A DNA stretch of 19,310 bases from Clostridia bacterium (GCA_017934955.1 JAGBIO010000014.1:1-19310); one strand, 5' to 3'. Numbered from the stretch's first letter, positions 1-7,883 are shown. Numbers and translations: made by a program. Notes: generated by a model from the sequence alone, not told the origin.

Positions 1-287
1 TAGAGGCAATTAGAGAAAGAGGTGCGGTTGGCAAACCGCTTCGATGTGTCGACAGACACATGCCGGTAAAAGTCCCTTATAGGGACAGAGCAAACCGCCG
101 GCTAAGCCGGCGGTTATGATTATATAGGAAAAATCAAAGATTTTGCCTATACAACAAAAAACGCTCCGCAGGGAAGCACATTCACGCGAAAGGAATGTTG
201 CTACGCAACTCGCGTTCGGCGCAGTTGTTTTGCCTGCGCAAAACACTTTTGTTCCATTAGTGTCCCCGATGCAAAATCAGCGTTACG
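1..287. other. Unassigned hairpin-dense non-coding block, truncated at the window edge; possible structured RNA, strand unresolved
   Basis: Consecutive perfect hairpins: GCGGTT/AACCGC 24-39; ATGTGTC/GACACAT 44-61; GTCCCT/AGGGAC 72-86; AACCGCCGGC/GCCGGCGGTT 93-115; TATAGG..CCTATA with inner AAAATC/GATTTT 123-151. Two mutually exclusive hairpins follow: GCGCAG/CTGCGC 219-239 versus GTTTTGC/GCAAAAC 227-244, the latter followed by ACTTTTGTT. The only ORF (10..246, -) has no RBS and looks spurious. I saw no hallmark motif of tmRNA, RNase P, SRP RNA, T-box or common riboswitches. Confidence 0.3.
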
Positions 288-326
288 GTTCAGAATATAT
301 TTTTGTATAACGGTAGCACAAACATC

Positions 327-530
327 GTAGGGACACAATTTATTGTGTCCGGGAAAAAGGCAGAAAGGCCGGACACAATGAATTGTGTCCGTACAGTAGG
401 TTGAGAAATATCTACAGAAGAGGCAGAAAGGCCGGACACAATGAATTGTGTCCGTACAGTAGGTTGAGAAATGTCTACAGAAAAGGCAGAAAGACAGGAC
501 ACAATGAATTGTGTCCGTACAGTAGGTTGA
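327..530. repeat. REP-like hairpin cluster: inverted doublet plus a 63-bp-period tandem array (about 2.5 units)
   Basis: GTAG-GGACACAA-TTTA-TTGTGTCC at 327-350. GGACACAA-TGAA-TTGTGTCC-GTAC at 371-394, 434-457 and 497-520, spaced exactly 63 bp apart. The inter-hairpin sequence AGTAGGTTGAGAAAT(A/G)TCTACAGAA(G/A)AGGCAGAAAG is nearly identical between units. Confidence 0.95.
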
Positions 531-551
531 TATACATTTAAGGTACTAAGT

Positions 552-580
552 TTGACTTTGGACAAACCGGTTTTTTTAAT
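552..580 (+). promoter_or_regulatory. Candidate sigma-A promoter upstream of recJ
   Basis: TTGACT (552-557), 17-nt spacer, TTTAAT (575-580), about 40 nt upstream of the recJ start. Confidence 0.35.
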
Positions 581-616
581 TGAAAAACTCAAAAAAAAGT
601 GCTAAGCTGTTAGCGG

Positions 617-2869
617 GTGAAGCAGATGAGGGTAAAAATCAGAAATGCAGGAAAGAGAGTGCCGGATTCTTTGATAAAGGCATGTGGTGGAAATAAAATT
701 TTGGCACAGGTGTTTTTTAATCGTGGAATTCAGTCGGGAGAACGGTTACAGCAGTTTTTAGGATATGAACGGTATCGTCCGTATAATCCTTTGGATTTTC
801 CGGGAATGAAAGAGGCTTGTGACTTAGTAGTAGAGACAATTTCGCGAAAGAAAAAGATAGCGATTTACGGCGATTATGATGCGGATGGAGTGACGGCTAC
901 TTCGGTGCTGGTGAAGGGCTTAAGACATTTTCATGCGGATGTGATTTATCATGTTCCGGATCGTTTTGCGGAAGGTTACGGTATGAATTCGGAAGTGGTA
1001 AGGCAGATGAAGGAGGAAGATGTTTCACTAATCATTACTTGCGACTGTGGTATTTCGAATTTTGAGGAAATAAAAGCAGCGAAAGCGCTGGGGATGAACG
1101 TGATTTTGACAGACCATCATACCATTGGAGAAAGTTTACCGGAGGCGGATTTTATTATTAATCCGAAGTTGCTAAAAGAGGGGCATCCGATTCGCAGTGT
1201 GTCGGGATGTGGTGTTGCGTATCTTTTTATTAAGGCACTTGGTACATTGTTAGGGGACGATATTTCAGAGGAGTTTTTGGATTTAGTGGCTTTATCGATT
1301 ATTTCGGATGTGATTCCGCTCCATGATGAAAGTCGGTATTTGTTTGTGAAGGGTTTTCCGAAGCTAATGAACGGAGAGCGACTTGGGATGAGGGAGTTAC
1401 TTAATAATCTTTCGAGTCCTGTAAAATCAGCGGAGGATATCGGCTTTTATGTGGCACCGCAAATTAATGCGGTTGGACGAATGGATAATGCGAAGATTGC
1501 GGTGGAGTTGTTTTTAACGGAGGATGCGGATGAAGCGAAGGAAATTGCTGAGACAATTCGATGTCTTAATGTAGATCGCAAAAACATACAGGCGGAAATT
1601 TATGAGCAAGCCAAAAGGCAAGTGGAGGAAGAGAAAAAGAATAAAAAAATTCTGATTTTATATGGTGAGAATTGGCATCACGGGATTATTGGGATTGTTG
1701 CAGGTAAGATTTGTGAGGAGTATCATAAGCCGTGTATTGTATTATCCTTAAAAGAGAACGGAGAGGGAATTGTTGGCTCTGCAAGGTCGATTGAAGGCAT
1801 CAATATCTATAACCTTCTTTCGAAATTTCAGAATGATTTAACAAAATTCGGCGGGCATGCGGAGGCGGCAGGACTTTCTTTAGAGAGCGGGATGCTTTCG
1901 AAATTTGTGGAGGATTTAGAACAATATGCGGATGTATATTTTGAACTTGCTTCGGAAGAGGAAGTTGTCGTGGATATGGAATTGAAGTTTTCTGATGTGA
2001 AGGAAGACTTGTTAAAGGCATTGGAAAGCGGAGAACCGTATGGAGCGGAGTTCCCGGGACCTGTGTTTGTGACGCAAAATGCAAGGATTACAGCGGAGAA
2101 AATCAGCGGGTTGCATCATTTTTTGACATTAACGGATGCGGAAGGAAACGAGGTTGGGACAACATTATGGAATTATGGGACGGAGCCGTTATTAAATAAA
2201 TGCTGTACAGTGGTGTATAGTATCTATTTGGATACTTATCGGGATCGAAATGAAATTAAGATAAAGATTTCGGATTTATCTTTTGATCCGGTTGAAATTG
2301 TGCAGAGTAAAGTGGAATGGATTGATCGGAGAAATACTGCGTTGGAGAAGGTTATCGAGGAGTTTCCGAATTATAGAGTGTTTTATGAGGGACCGCAGGT
2401 TAATAAGCCGGAGATGACTACCATTGACAGTCATTATTTTGGGGAGGAACGTGGAATTATTTTGGCTTCATTACCACGGGACACCGAAACTTTGGAAAAA
2501 ATTACATCTCATACAAATTGTGAGAAAATCATTATTAATTATTCCTATTTGCCGAAATATGATTGGAATACTTACCTAAAGACATTTTTGGGTGTTGTGA
2601 AAACGGCAGTAAAGCAAAGTGACGGCAAAATTCCGATTCAAAAGATGGCGGAGATTTTGTTGGTAGATAAGGAATTTGTTTTGTTATGTTTGAAATTGTA
2701 TGAAAAGTATGGATATTTTTCTTATCGAATGGAGGAAAATGTGATATTTTTTGATATAATGGAAAAGGAACCGGTGAAGGATAGCTATTTGGAGGAAATG
2801 GTGGAAAATTATTTGTCGGAAAAGCAAGAGTATGTAAATTTTATGAATACGGTACCGGTGGGTGAATAA
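617..2869 (+). CDS. recJ: Single-stranded-DNA-specific exonuclease RecJ (DHH/DHHA1 family)
   Basis: 750-aa ORF with DHH-family motifs IYGDYDADGVTA, ITCDCG and LTDHH, plus the DHHA1 motif GGHAEAAG. GTG at 617; alternative ATG at 626. Confidence 0.92.
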   Translation: MKQMRVKIRNAGKRVPDSLIKACGGNKILAQVFFNRGIQSGERLQQFLGYERYRPYNPLDFPGMKEACDLVVETISRKKKIAIYGDYDADGVTATSVLVKGLRHFHADVIYHVPDRFAEGYGMNSEVVRQMKEEDVSLIITCDCGISNFEEIKAAKALGMNVILTDHHTIGESLPEADFIINPKLLKEGHPIRSVSGCGVAYLFIKALGTLLGDDISEEFLDLVALSIISDVIPLHDESRYLFVKGFPKLMNGERLGMRELLNNLSSPVKSAEDIGFYVAPQINAVGRMDNAKIAVELFLTEDADEAKEIAETIRCLNVDRKNIQAEIYEQAKRQVEEEKKNKKILILYGENWHHGIIGIVAGKICEEYHKPCIVLSLKENGEGIVGSARSIEGINIYNLLSKFQNDLTKFGGHAEAAGLSLESGMLSKFVEDLEQYADVYFELASEEEVVVDMELKFSDVKEDLLKALESGEPYGAEFPGPVFVTQNARITAEKISGLHHFLTLTDAEGNEVGTTLWNYGTEPLLNKCCTVVYSIYLDTYRDRNEIKIKISDLSFDPVEIVQSKVEWIDRRNTALEKVIEEFPNYRVFYEGPQVNKPEMTTIDSHYFGEERGIILASLPRDTETLEKITSHTNCEKIIINYSYLPKYDWNTYLKTFLGVVKTAVKQSDGKIPIQKMAEILLVDKEFVLLCLKLYEKYGYFSYRMEENVIFFDIMEKEPVKDSYLEEMVENYLSEKQEYVNFMNTVPVGE

Positions 2870-2877
2870 GAAAGGAA

Positions 2878-3990
2878 ATGAGGAAAATGAAAAAAGCGAT
2901 TAGTTTGTTTTTGAGTGTTTTATTAATGTTTAACGTTACGTTTGCGGAGATTTCCGTGATATCGGAAGATGTTTCGGATTTTGATACAGAGAAATTGACG
3001 CTTTATAAAGAGTTGATTCAAGATTTATTCTATAAGGACGTTTCGGATAAAGAATTATACGAAGCGGCTATAAAAGGGATGTTTTCTTCTTTAGATGTAT
3101 ATAGTTCTTATTATAACGAAGAACAGACAGCTTCTTTTGAAGAATCGACTTCCGGTCATTATGTGGGAATCGGAATTAAGTTTGAGGGAAATGCAGAATA
3201 TATGCGTGTTGTGAAGGTGTTTACCGGTACTCCTGCCGATACTGCCGGAATGTTGATTGGAGATTATATTATTGCGGTAAACGGTGAAGAAGTAAAGGGA
3301 ATGTCTACTACAAAGGTTGCGTCTATGATTAAGGGAGAAGAAGGCACAACGGTAAAGTTGACTTTGCTTCGTGAACAGACTTTGTTTACAGTAGAAGTAG
3401 AAAGAAAGCAAATTCAGGCAGAGTCTTGTGAGTTTCAAGTTTTGGAGAAAGATATCGGATACATCAAGATTGAGGAATTTAATGATAGTACATATACTGA
3501 AGTAAGTAAATATGTACAAGCCTTAAAGGCACTTCAGATGGATCAATTGATTTTGGATTTAAGAGATAATCCGGGCGGATATGTATCGCAAGCGGTTGCG
3601 GTGGCAAATCATTTCGTTCCTAAGGGCGTTGTGACGACGTTAAAGTATAAGAATTCGGCGAAGGATAAAGAGTATTCTTCTGTTTTGAAGAAGCCGTATT
3701 TTAAGTTGGTTGTGTTGGTAAATGGAAATTCAGCATCGGCTGCGGAAATTTTGGCGGGTGCGATTAAGGATACAAAGGCAGGAACTTTGATTGGAACCAC
3801 AACATACGGAAAAGGTGTTTTCCAGAACATGTATAACTTAAAGGACGGGGGTTCTATTAAGATTACAACAGGTGTTTACTATACACCGAACGGTACTTGT
3901 ATCGATAAAGTGGGAATTGCGCCAAATATTGAGGTAGTAGAGCCTGAGGCACAGTTACAGCGTGCGATTGAGGAAGTGAAGAAATTGTAG
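2878..3990 (+). CDS. S41-family C-terminal processing peptidase (Ctp/Prc-like) with N-terminal signal/anchor and PDZ domain
   Basis: Hydrophobic N-terminus KKAISLFLSVLLMFNVTFA. PDZ-like segment GIGIKF...GDYIIAVNGEEV. Catalytic-Ser motif NGNSASAAEILAGAIKD and Lys motif TYGKG. Starts 8 nt after the recJ stop, so probably co-transcribed; alternative ATG at 2887. Confidence 0.9.
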   Translation: MRKMKKAISLFLSVLLMFNVTFAEISVISEDVSDFDTEKLTLYKELIQDLFYKDVSDKELYEAAIKGMFSSLDVYSSYYNEEQTASFEESTSGHYVGIGIKFEGNAEYMRVVKVFTGTPADTAGMLIGDYIIAVNGEEVKGMSTTKVASMIKGEEGTTVKLTLLREQTLFTVEVERKQIQAESCEFQVLEKDIGYIKIEEFNDSTYTEVSKYVQALKALQMDQLILDLRDNPGGYVSQAVAVANHFVPKGVVTTLKYKNSAKDKEYSSVLKKPYFKLVVLVNGNSASAAEILAGAIKDTKAGTLIGTTTYGKGVFQNMYNLKDGGSIKITTGVYYTPNGTCIDKVGIAPNIEVVEPEAQLQRAIEEVKKL

Positions 3991-4000
3991 AGAGTGATGA

Positions 4001-4030
4001 AGATGTCCGAAAGGGCATCTTTATTGTTTG
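4001..4030 (+). terminator. Rho-independent terminator after the protease gene
   Basis: Stem AGATGTCC/GGGCATCT (8 bp, one G-U pair), GAAA loop, followed by TTATTGTTT. Confidence 0.6.
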
Positions 4031-4052
4031 GCGTAAACCATAGCGGGACGTC

Positions 4053-4161
4053 GGGGACGCCGTCCCCTACAATGATGGTACAAACGTTGTAGGGACACAA
4101 TTCATTGTGTCCGCGGAATGGGCAGAAGGTAGAATTAGGACACAATAAATTGTGTCCGTAC
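4053..4161. repeat. REP-like truncated copy plus inverted doublet (REPIN-like)
   Basis: GGGGACG-C-CGTCCCC followed by TAC at 4053-4070, a short variant. GTAG-GGACACAA-TTCA-TTGTGTCC at 4089-4112. GGACACAA-TAAA-TTGTGTCC-GTAC at 4138-4161. The 25-nt spacer contains GGCAGAAGG. Confidence 0.93.
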
Positions 4162-4248
4162 AGACCGCATTCTACCAGTATTTTTCGTAAGATACAAGAT
4201 TATAGAATGACCTGAAAGACTTAACGTTGGATAAATTTACTGTTTTGA

Positions 4249-4277
4249 TTGACCTTGGCGAATTTTGGTGATATTAT
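4249..4277 (+). promoter_or_regulatory. Candidate extended -10 sigma-A promoter of serS
   Basis: TTGACC (4249-4254), 17-nt spacer ending in TGa, TATTAT (4272-4277). RBS AGGGGG lies about 8 nt before the ATG at 4310. Confidence 0.55.
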
Positions 4278-4309
4278 GTTGTATATGATTTGGTTTAGGG
4301 GGCGTAGAT

Positions 4310-5587
4310 ATGTTAGATATTAATTTGATTAGAGAAAATCCGGAAAAAGTAAAGGCTGCATTGGCTAAAAAACTTTATGATGTGGATTTTACCGAATTTT
4401 TGGAGAAGGATGCGAAGAGAAAAGAGTTACGATATGAGACGGATACGTTAAAGGCGGAGAGAAACAAGACTTCTGCGTTGGTTCCTCAGATGAAGAAAGA
4501 GGGAAAAGATACGACAGCCGTTATTGAGGAAATGAAGAAATTAGGGGACAAGATTAAAGAAAATGACGAAAAAATCAGTGCACTTGAGGCGGAATTGCAA
4601 TATTTCTTGGATTGCTTGCCGAATATGCCGGCGGAGGATTTACTTCCGGGTGGTAAGGAAAACAATAAAGAGATTGCAATTTGGGGAGAGAAGCCGACTT
4701 TTGATTTTGAACCGAAGAATCATGTGGATATTGCGGAGAATTTAGGAATTATTGATTATAAAAGAGGCGCAAAGTTAGGCGGAAATGGTTTTTGGATTTA
4801 TCGTCATGATGGTGCGAAGTTGGAATGGGCTTTAATTAATTATTTCATTGAGACGCATTTGGCAGACGGCTATGAATTTTTGTTATTGCCACATTTATTA
4901 ACAAGAAAATGCGGTTACGGTGCGGGTCAATTCCCGAAATTTGCGGAAGATGTTTATCATTTGGATAATACGAGCGAAAACAGTACGCATTTCCTTTTAC
5001 CGACAGCGGAAACAGCGCTTGTGAATATGCACGCGGATGAGATTTTGGAGGAAGATGAACTTCCGTTTAAGTATGCGGGATATACTCCTTGCTACAGAAA
5101 AGAGGCAGGAAGCTATCGTGCGGAAGAAAGAGGTATGATTCGCGGACATCAGTTTAACAAGGTGGAAATGGTTCAATATACGACTCCGGAAAATTCTCCG
5201 GCTGCGTTTGAAGAGTTATTAAATAAAGCAGCAAAATTGGTGCAAGGTTTGGGACTTCATTACAGAATTTCGAAATTGGCTGCGGCAGATTGCAGTCATG
5301 CGATGGCGAGAACGTGTGATATCGAGGTTTGGATTCCGAGCATGAATGATTATAAGGAAGTAAGCTCGGTTTCGAATGCGTTTGACTATCAGGCGAGAAG
5401 AAATAATACAAGATACAGAAATAAGGCAACCGGAAAGTTAGAGTATGTTCATACTTTAAATGGTTCGGGATTGGCTACCAGCAGAGTTCTTCCGGCGATT
5501 ATGGAACAGTATCAGCAGGCGGACGGAAGTGTTGTTGTTCCGGAAGTTTTGAGAAAATGGGTTGGAAAAGATGTTATTACAAAGTAG
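4310..5587 (+). CDS. serS: Serine--tRNA ligase
   Basis: 425-aa ORF with the typical SerRS N-terminal coiled-coil arm (MLDINLIRENPEKVKAAL...) and a class II core (FKYAGYTPCYRKEAGS, GHQFNKVEM, LNGSGLATSR). Confidence 0.96.
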   Translation: MLDINLIRENPEKVKAALAKKLYDVDFTEFLEKDAKRKELRYETDTLKAERNKTSALVPQMKKEGKDTTAVIEEMKKLGDKIKENDEKISALEAELQYFLDCLPNMPAEDLLPGGKENNKEIAIWGEKPTFDFEPKNHVDIAENLGIIDYKRGAKLGGNGFWIYRHDGAKLEWALINYFIETHLADGYEFLLLPHLLTRKCGYGAGQFPKFAEDVYHLDNTSENSTHFLLPTAETALVNMHADEILEEDELPFKYAGYTPCYRKEAGSYRAEERGMIRGHQFNKVEMVQYTTPENSPAAFEELLNKAAKLVQGLGLHYRISKLAAADCSHAMARTCDIEVWIPSMNDYKEVSSVSNAFDYQARRNNTRYRNKATGKLEYVHTLNGSGLATSRVLPAIMEQYQQADGSVVVPEVLRKWVGKDVITK

Positions 5588-5604
5588 AGGCAGAGATATG
5601 GAAT

Positions 5605-5781
5605 GGACAGCATGAATGCTGTCCGTACAGAAGGATTGAGGAAGAAATAGCGTGTGGACAGCATAAATGCTGTTCGTACAGAAGGGTTGAGGAAAAAATA
5701 GCGTGTGGACAGCATAAATGCTGTCCGTACAGAAGGATTGAGGAAGAAATAGCGTGTGGACAGCATGAATGCTGTCCGTAC
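5605..5781. repeat. Tandem array of four REP-like hairpins, 51-bp period
   Basis: GGACAGCA-T(G/A)AA-TGCTGTCC-GTAC at 5605-5628, 5656-5679 (one C>T giving a G-T pair), 5707-5730 and 5758-5781. Spacers AGAAGG(A/G)TTGAGGAA(G/A)AAATAGCGTGT are nearly identical. The array fills the whole serS-argS gap. Confidence 0.96.
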
Positions 5782-5801
5782 GTGGTTTTAGGAGGTTTTT
5801 G

Positions 5802-7562
5802 ATGAAAACGATTATTGCATATTTGAGCGAAATATTTGAAAAAGCGTTTGTGGCTTGCGGGTATGAGAAGGAGTACGGAAAAGTGACGGTTTCCAATCGT
5901 CCGGATTTGTGTCAATTTCAGTGTAACGGAGCGATGGCAGGGGCGAAGAGGTATAAGAAGAGTCCTTTGCAAATTGCGCAGGAAGTTGTGGAACATGTGG
6001 ATAAGGCTCCTTTTGAAAAAGTGGAAGTGGTGGCGCCGGGATTCATTAATTTGGTTTTGAAAGATGAAGAAATTTTAAAGGCGGCTGTTGCGATTCATGA
6101 AGATAAGGATTTTGGTTTGAATAAGGTTTCGGATGAGACGGTTGTGGTGGATTATGGTGGACCGAATATTGCGAAGCCGCTTCATGTAGGTCATTTGCGT
6201 TCGGCAATTATCGGGGAATCAGTGAAACGATTGGCGAAAGTGTTGGGTTATCGTGCGATTGGAGACGTGCATCTTGGTGACTGGGGTTTACAGATGGGCT
6301 TGATTATTACGGAATTTGCGGAGCAGAATCCGGAGAGCAAGTACTTGGATGATCGTTATGATGGTGAATATGAGCCACTTGCGATTTCGATGGATGATTT
6401 GAATGAAATTTATCCGAGGGCCAGCAAGAGAAGTAAAGTGGATGAAGAGTACATGGCGAGAGCGCAGCAAGCGACATTTGACTTACAGCATGGCAGACGT
6501 GGTTATATGGCACTTTGGAGAGAAATTGTTCGGATCTCGGTGGCGGATTTGAAGGCAAATTATGAGAAGTTGAATGTTTCTTTTGAGTATTGGTACGGGG
6601 AAAGTGACAGTGAGAAATATATTCCGGATATGATTGCGGAATTTATTGAAAAAGGGTATGCATATGAGAGTGAAGGCGCGCTGGTAGTAGATGTGGCGAA
6701 GCCGGAGGATAAGGCGCCAATGCCGCCGGTTTTGGTGCGGAAGAGTAACGGATCGCAGATTTACGCAACGACGGATTTGGCGACGATTAAGCAGAGAATG
6801 CAGGATTTTCATCCTTCTATGATTTTGTATTTTGTGGATAACAGACAGGGATTACATTTTGAGCAAGTCTTCCGTTGTGCGAGAAAAACGGGCTTGGTTT
6901 CGGAGGATGTGGTTTTGGAATTTGACGGATTCGGTACCATGAACGGAAAGGATGGAAAGCCGTATAAGACCAGAGATGGCGGAGTTATGAAGTTACGTGA
7001 TTTGATTGATAACGTATGTGCGGCAGCTTTGGAGAAGATGGAAGAGGCGAAAACGGGATTAGAGTTGTCGGAAGAAGAGAAGAAGGAGACAGCGTTAAAG
7101 GTTGGTATTTCTGCGCTCAAGTTTGGTGATTTAATCAATTACAGAGCGAAGGATTATATTTTTGACTTGGATAAATTTATGTCTTTTGAGGGGAAAACCG
7201 GACCTTATATGTTATATACGATTGTGCGGTTGAATTCAATTTTGACGAAGGCGAAGGAGAAAGGTTTTGAGATTGGTACGCTTGGACTTCCGAAGACGGA
7301 CGTGGAACGTGAGGTTCTGCTGAAGACGATTTTAATGAATGAAGTATTTTGGCAAGCGTTTTCGGATAGAGCGCCGAGTGGTATTTGCGAGAATGCTTAT
7401 CAGATTGCGTCTTTGGCGAATCGGTTTTATTATGAGAATAAGATTTTGTCGGAAGAAAATGAGGAACGCAGAGGGGAATTGTTGGCGTTCTGCGAGTATG
7501 TGTTGCGAATTTTGAAGTTACATATGGAGATTTTGGCGATTGATGTGCCGGAACGTATGTAA
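5802..7562 (+). CDS. argS: Arginine--tRNA ligase
   Basis: ORF-track frame 5769..7562. ATG 5802 (MKTIIAYLSE...) is preferred because AGGAGG sits at 5790-5795 and the 5769 start lies inside the last repeat. Class I HIGH motif in PNIAKPLHVGHLRSAIIGE. Confidence 0.94.
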   Translation: MKTIIAYLSEIFEKAFVACGYEKEYGKVTVSNRPDLCQFQCNGAMAGAKRYKKSPLQIAQEVVEHVDKAPFEKVEVVAPGFINLVLKDEEILKAAVAIHEDKDFGLNKVSDETVVVDYGGPNIAKPLHVGHLRSAIIGESVKRLAKVLGYRAIGDVHLGDWGLQMGLIITEFAEQNPESKYLDDRYDGEYEPLAISMDDLNEIYPRASKRSKVDEEYMARAQQATFDLQHGRRGYMALWREIVRISVADLKANYEKLNVSFEYWYGESDSEKYIPDMIAEFIEKGYAYESEGALVVDVAKPEDKAPMPPVLVRKSNGSQIYATTDLATIKQRMQDFHPSMILYFVDNRQGLHFEQVFRCARKTGLVSEDVVLEFDGFGTMNGKDGKPYKTRDGGVMKLRDLIDNVCAAALEKMEEAKTGLELSEEEKKETALKVGISALKFGDLINYRAKDYIFDLDKFMSFEGKTGPYMLYTIVRLNSILTKAKEKGFEIGTLGLPKTDVEREVLLKTILMNEVFWQAFSDRAPSGICENAYQIASLANRFYYENKILSEENEERRGELLAFCEYVLRILKLHMEILAIDVPERM

Positions 7563-7567
7563 AAGCA

Positions 7568-7618
7568 AATTGCCGGTTGAAAGGAAACAGTATTAGGCGT
7601 TCCTTTAAGCCGGCAATT
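7568..7618. terminator. Bidirectional terminator hairpin between convergent argS and the Coat-F gene
   Basis: Outer stem AATTGCCGG (7568-7576)/CCGGCAATT (7610-7618). Inner stem AAAGGAA (7580-7586)/TTCCTTT (7600-7606). T-rich flank on the - strand. Confidence 0.6.
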
Positions 7619-7624
7619 ATACTA

Positions 7625-7870
7625 TTAGTTCACAAATAAGTTTTTTACATTGCAAACATCGACTTCCGGTGCCATTGCGGCCGGTTTGTAGAAGCCTTTT
7701 TGTTCTGCTAATTTAAATAAGTCGTATTGGCTTGTCTCGTCGTTGTTTCTGATTTGTTGTAAGGTTTGTCTTAAATTGACATTTTCGGATTGTGCAATCA
7801 TGTTTGCATATCCGGTTAAGCTACTGTTTATCATGCTTAATGTATCGTTTACCATTGTTTTTTCGTCCAT
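7625..7870 (-). CDS. Coat F domain spore coat protein
   Basis: 81 aa. The pattern LSMINSSLTGYANMIAQSENVNLRQTLQQIRNNDETSQYDLFKLAEQKGFY is typical of the CotF family. AGGAGG RBS upstream, overlapping the stop of the preceding ORF. Confidence 0.75.
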   Translation of the reverse strand: MDEKTMVNDTLSMINSSLTGYANMIAQSENVNLRQTLQQIRNNDETSQYDLFKLAEQKGFYKPAAMAPEVDVCNVKNLFVN

Positions 7871-7883
7871 GTTGGAATCCTCC

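Noticed and set aside
10-246. 78-aa minus-strand ORF at the left edge
   Set aside because: It has no RBS, has an odd Cys/Ala-rich composition, and spans a run of perfect hairpins. It is more consistent with non-coding structured DNA or RNA.
1-287. tmRNA, RNase P RNA or SRP RNA assignment for the left-edge block
   Set aside because: I looked on both strands for a tag reading frame ending in (L/V)AA, the GGNTTCGAC start, the RNase P GAGGAAAGTCC motif and the SRP GGAAGCAGC motif. Only short chance-level resemblances turned up, e.g. ATGGAACAAAA. The block is left unassigned.
3991-4309. T-box leaders upstream of serS, argS (5588-5801) and hisS (10161-10350)
   Set aside because: No T-box consensus or specifier-loop architecture is visible. 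The serS promoter lies only about 30 nt upstream of the start codon, and the other two gaps are entirely occupied by repeats.
5605-5781. CRISPR array; the same question applies to 371-520 and 11739-11864
   Set aside because: The palindromic repeats with regular spacing look CRISPR-like. However, the spacers are nearly identical within each array and between arrays at different loci. The repeat is only about 24 nt and the spacer 27 nt. No cas genes or leader are present, and the same hairpin is scattered singly and in inverted doublets.
5769-5801. Longer N-terminal extensions offered by the ORF track for argS (5769), asd (up to 9372) and the permease (9282)
   Set aside because: The extensions lack an RBS, run into repeat or promoter sequence, and are low-complexity. 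Internal ATGs at 5802, 9237 and 9321 are each preceded by good Shine-Dalgarno sequences and begin with family-typical N-termini.
5557-5802. Cys-rich repeat peptide ORFs running through the hairpin arrays, e.g. GQHECCPYRRIEEEIAC repeats. Related ORFs are 5456..5896, 5512..5766, 5577..5996, 290..592, 10154..10375, 11645..11938 and 13195..13485
   Set aside because: The ORFs appear on both strands simply because the repeat is palindromic. They have no RBS, and they overlap real genes (the serS end and argS start). The compensatory stem variants change the encoded residues (GQHECCP versus GHNELCP), so the constraint is on pairing, not on peptide sequence.
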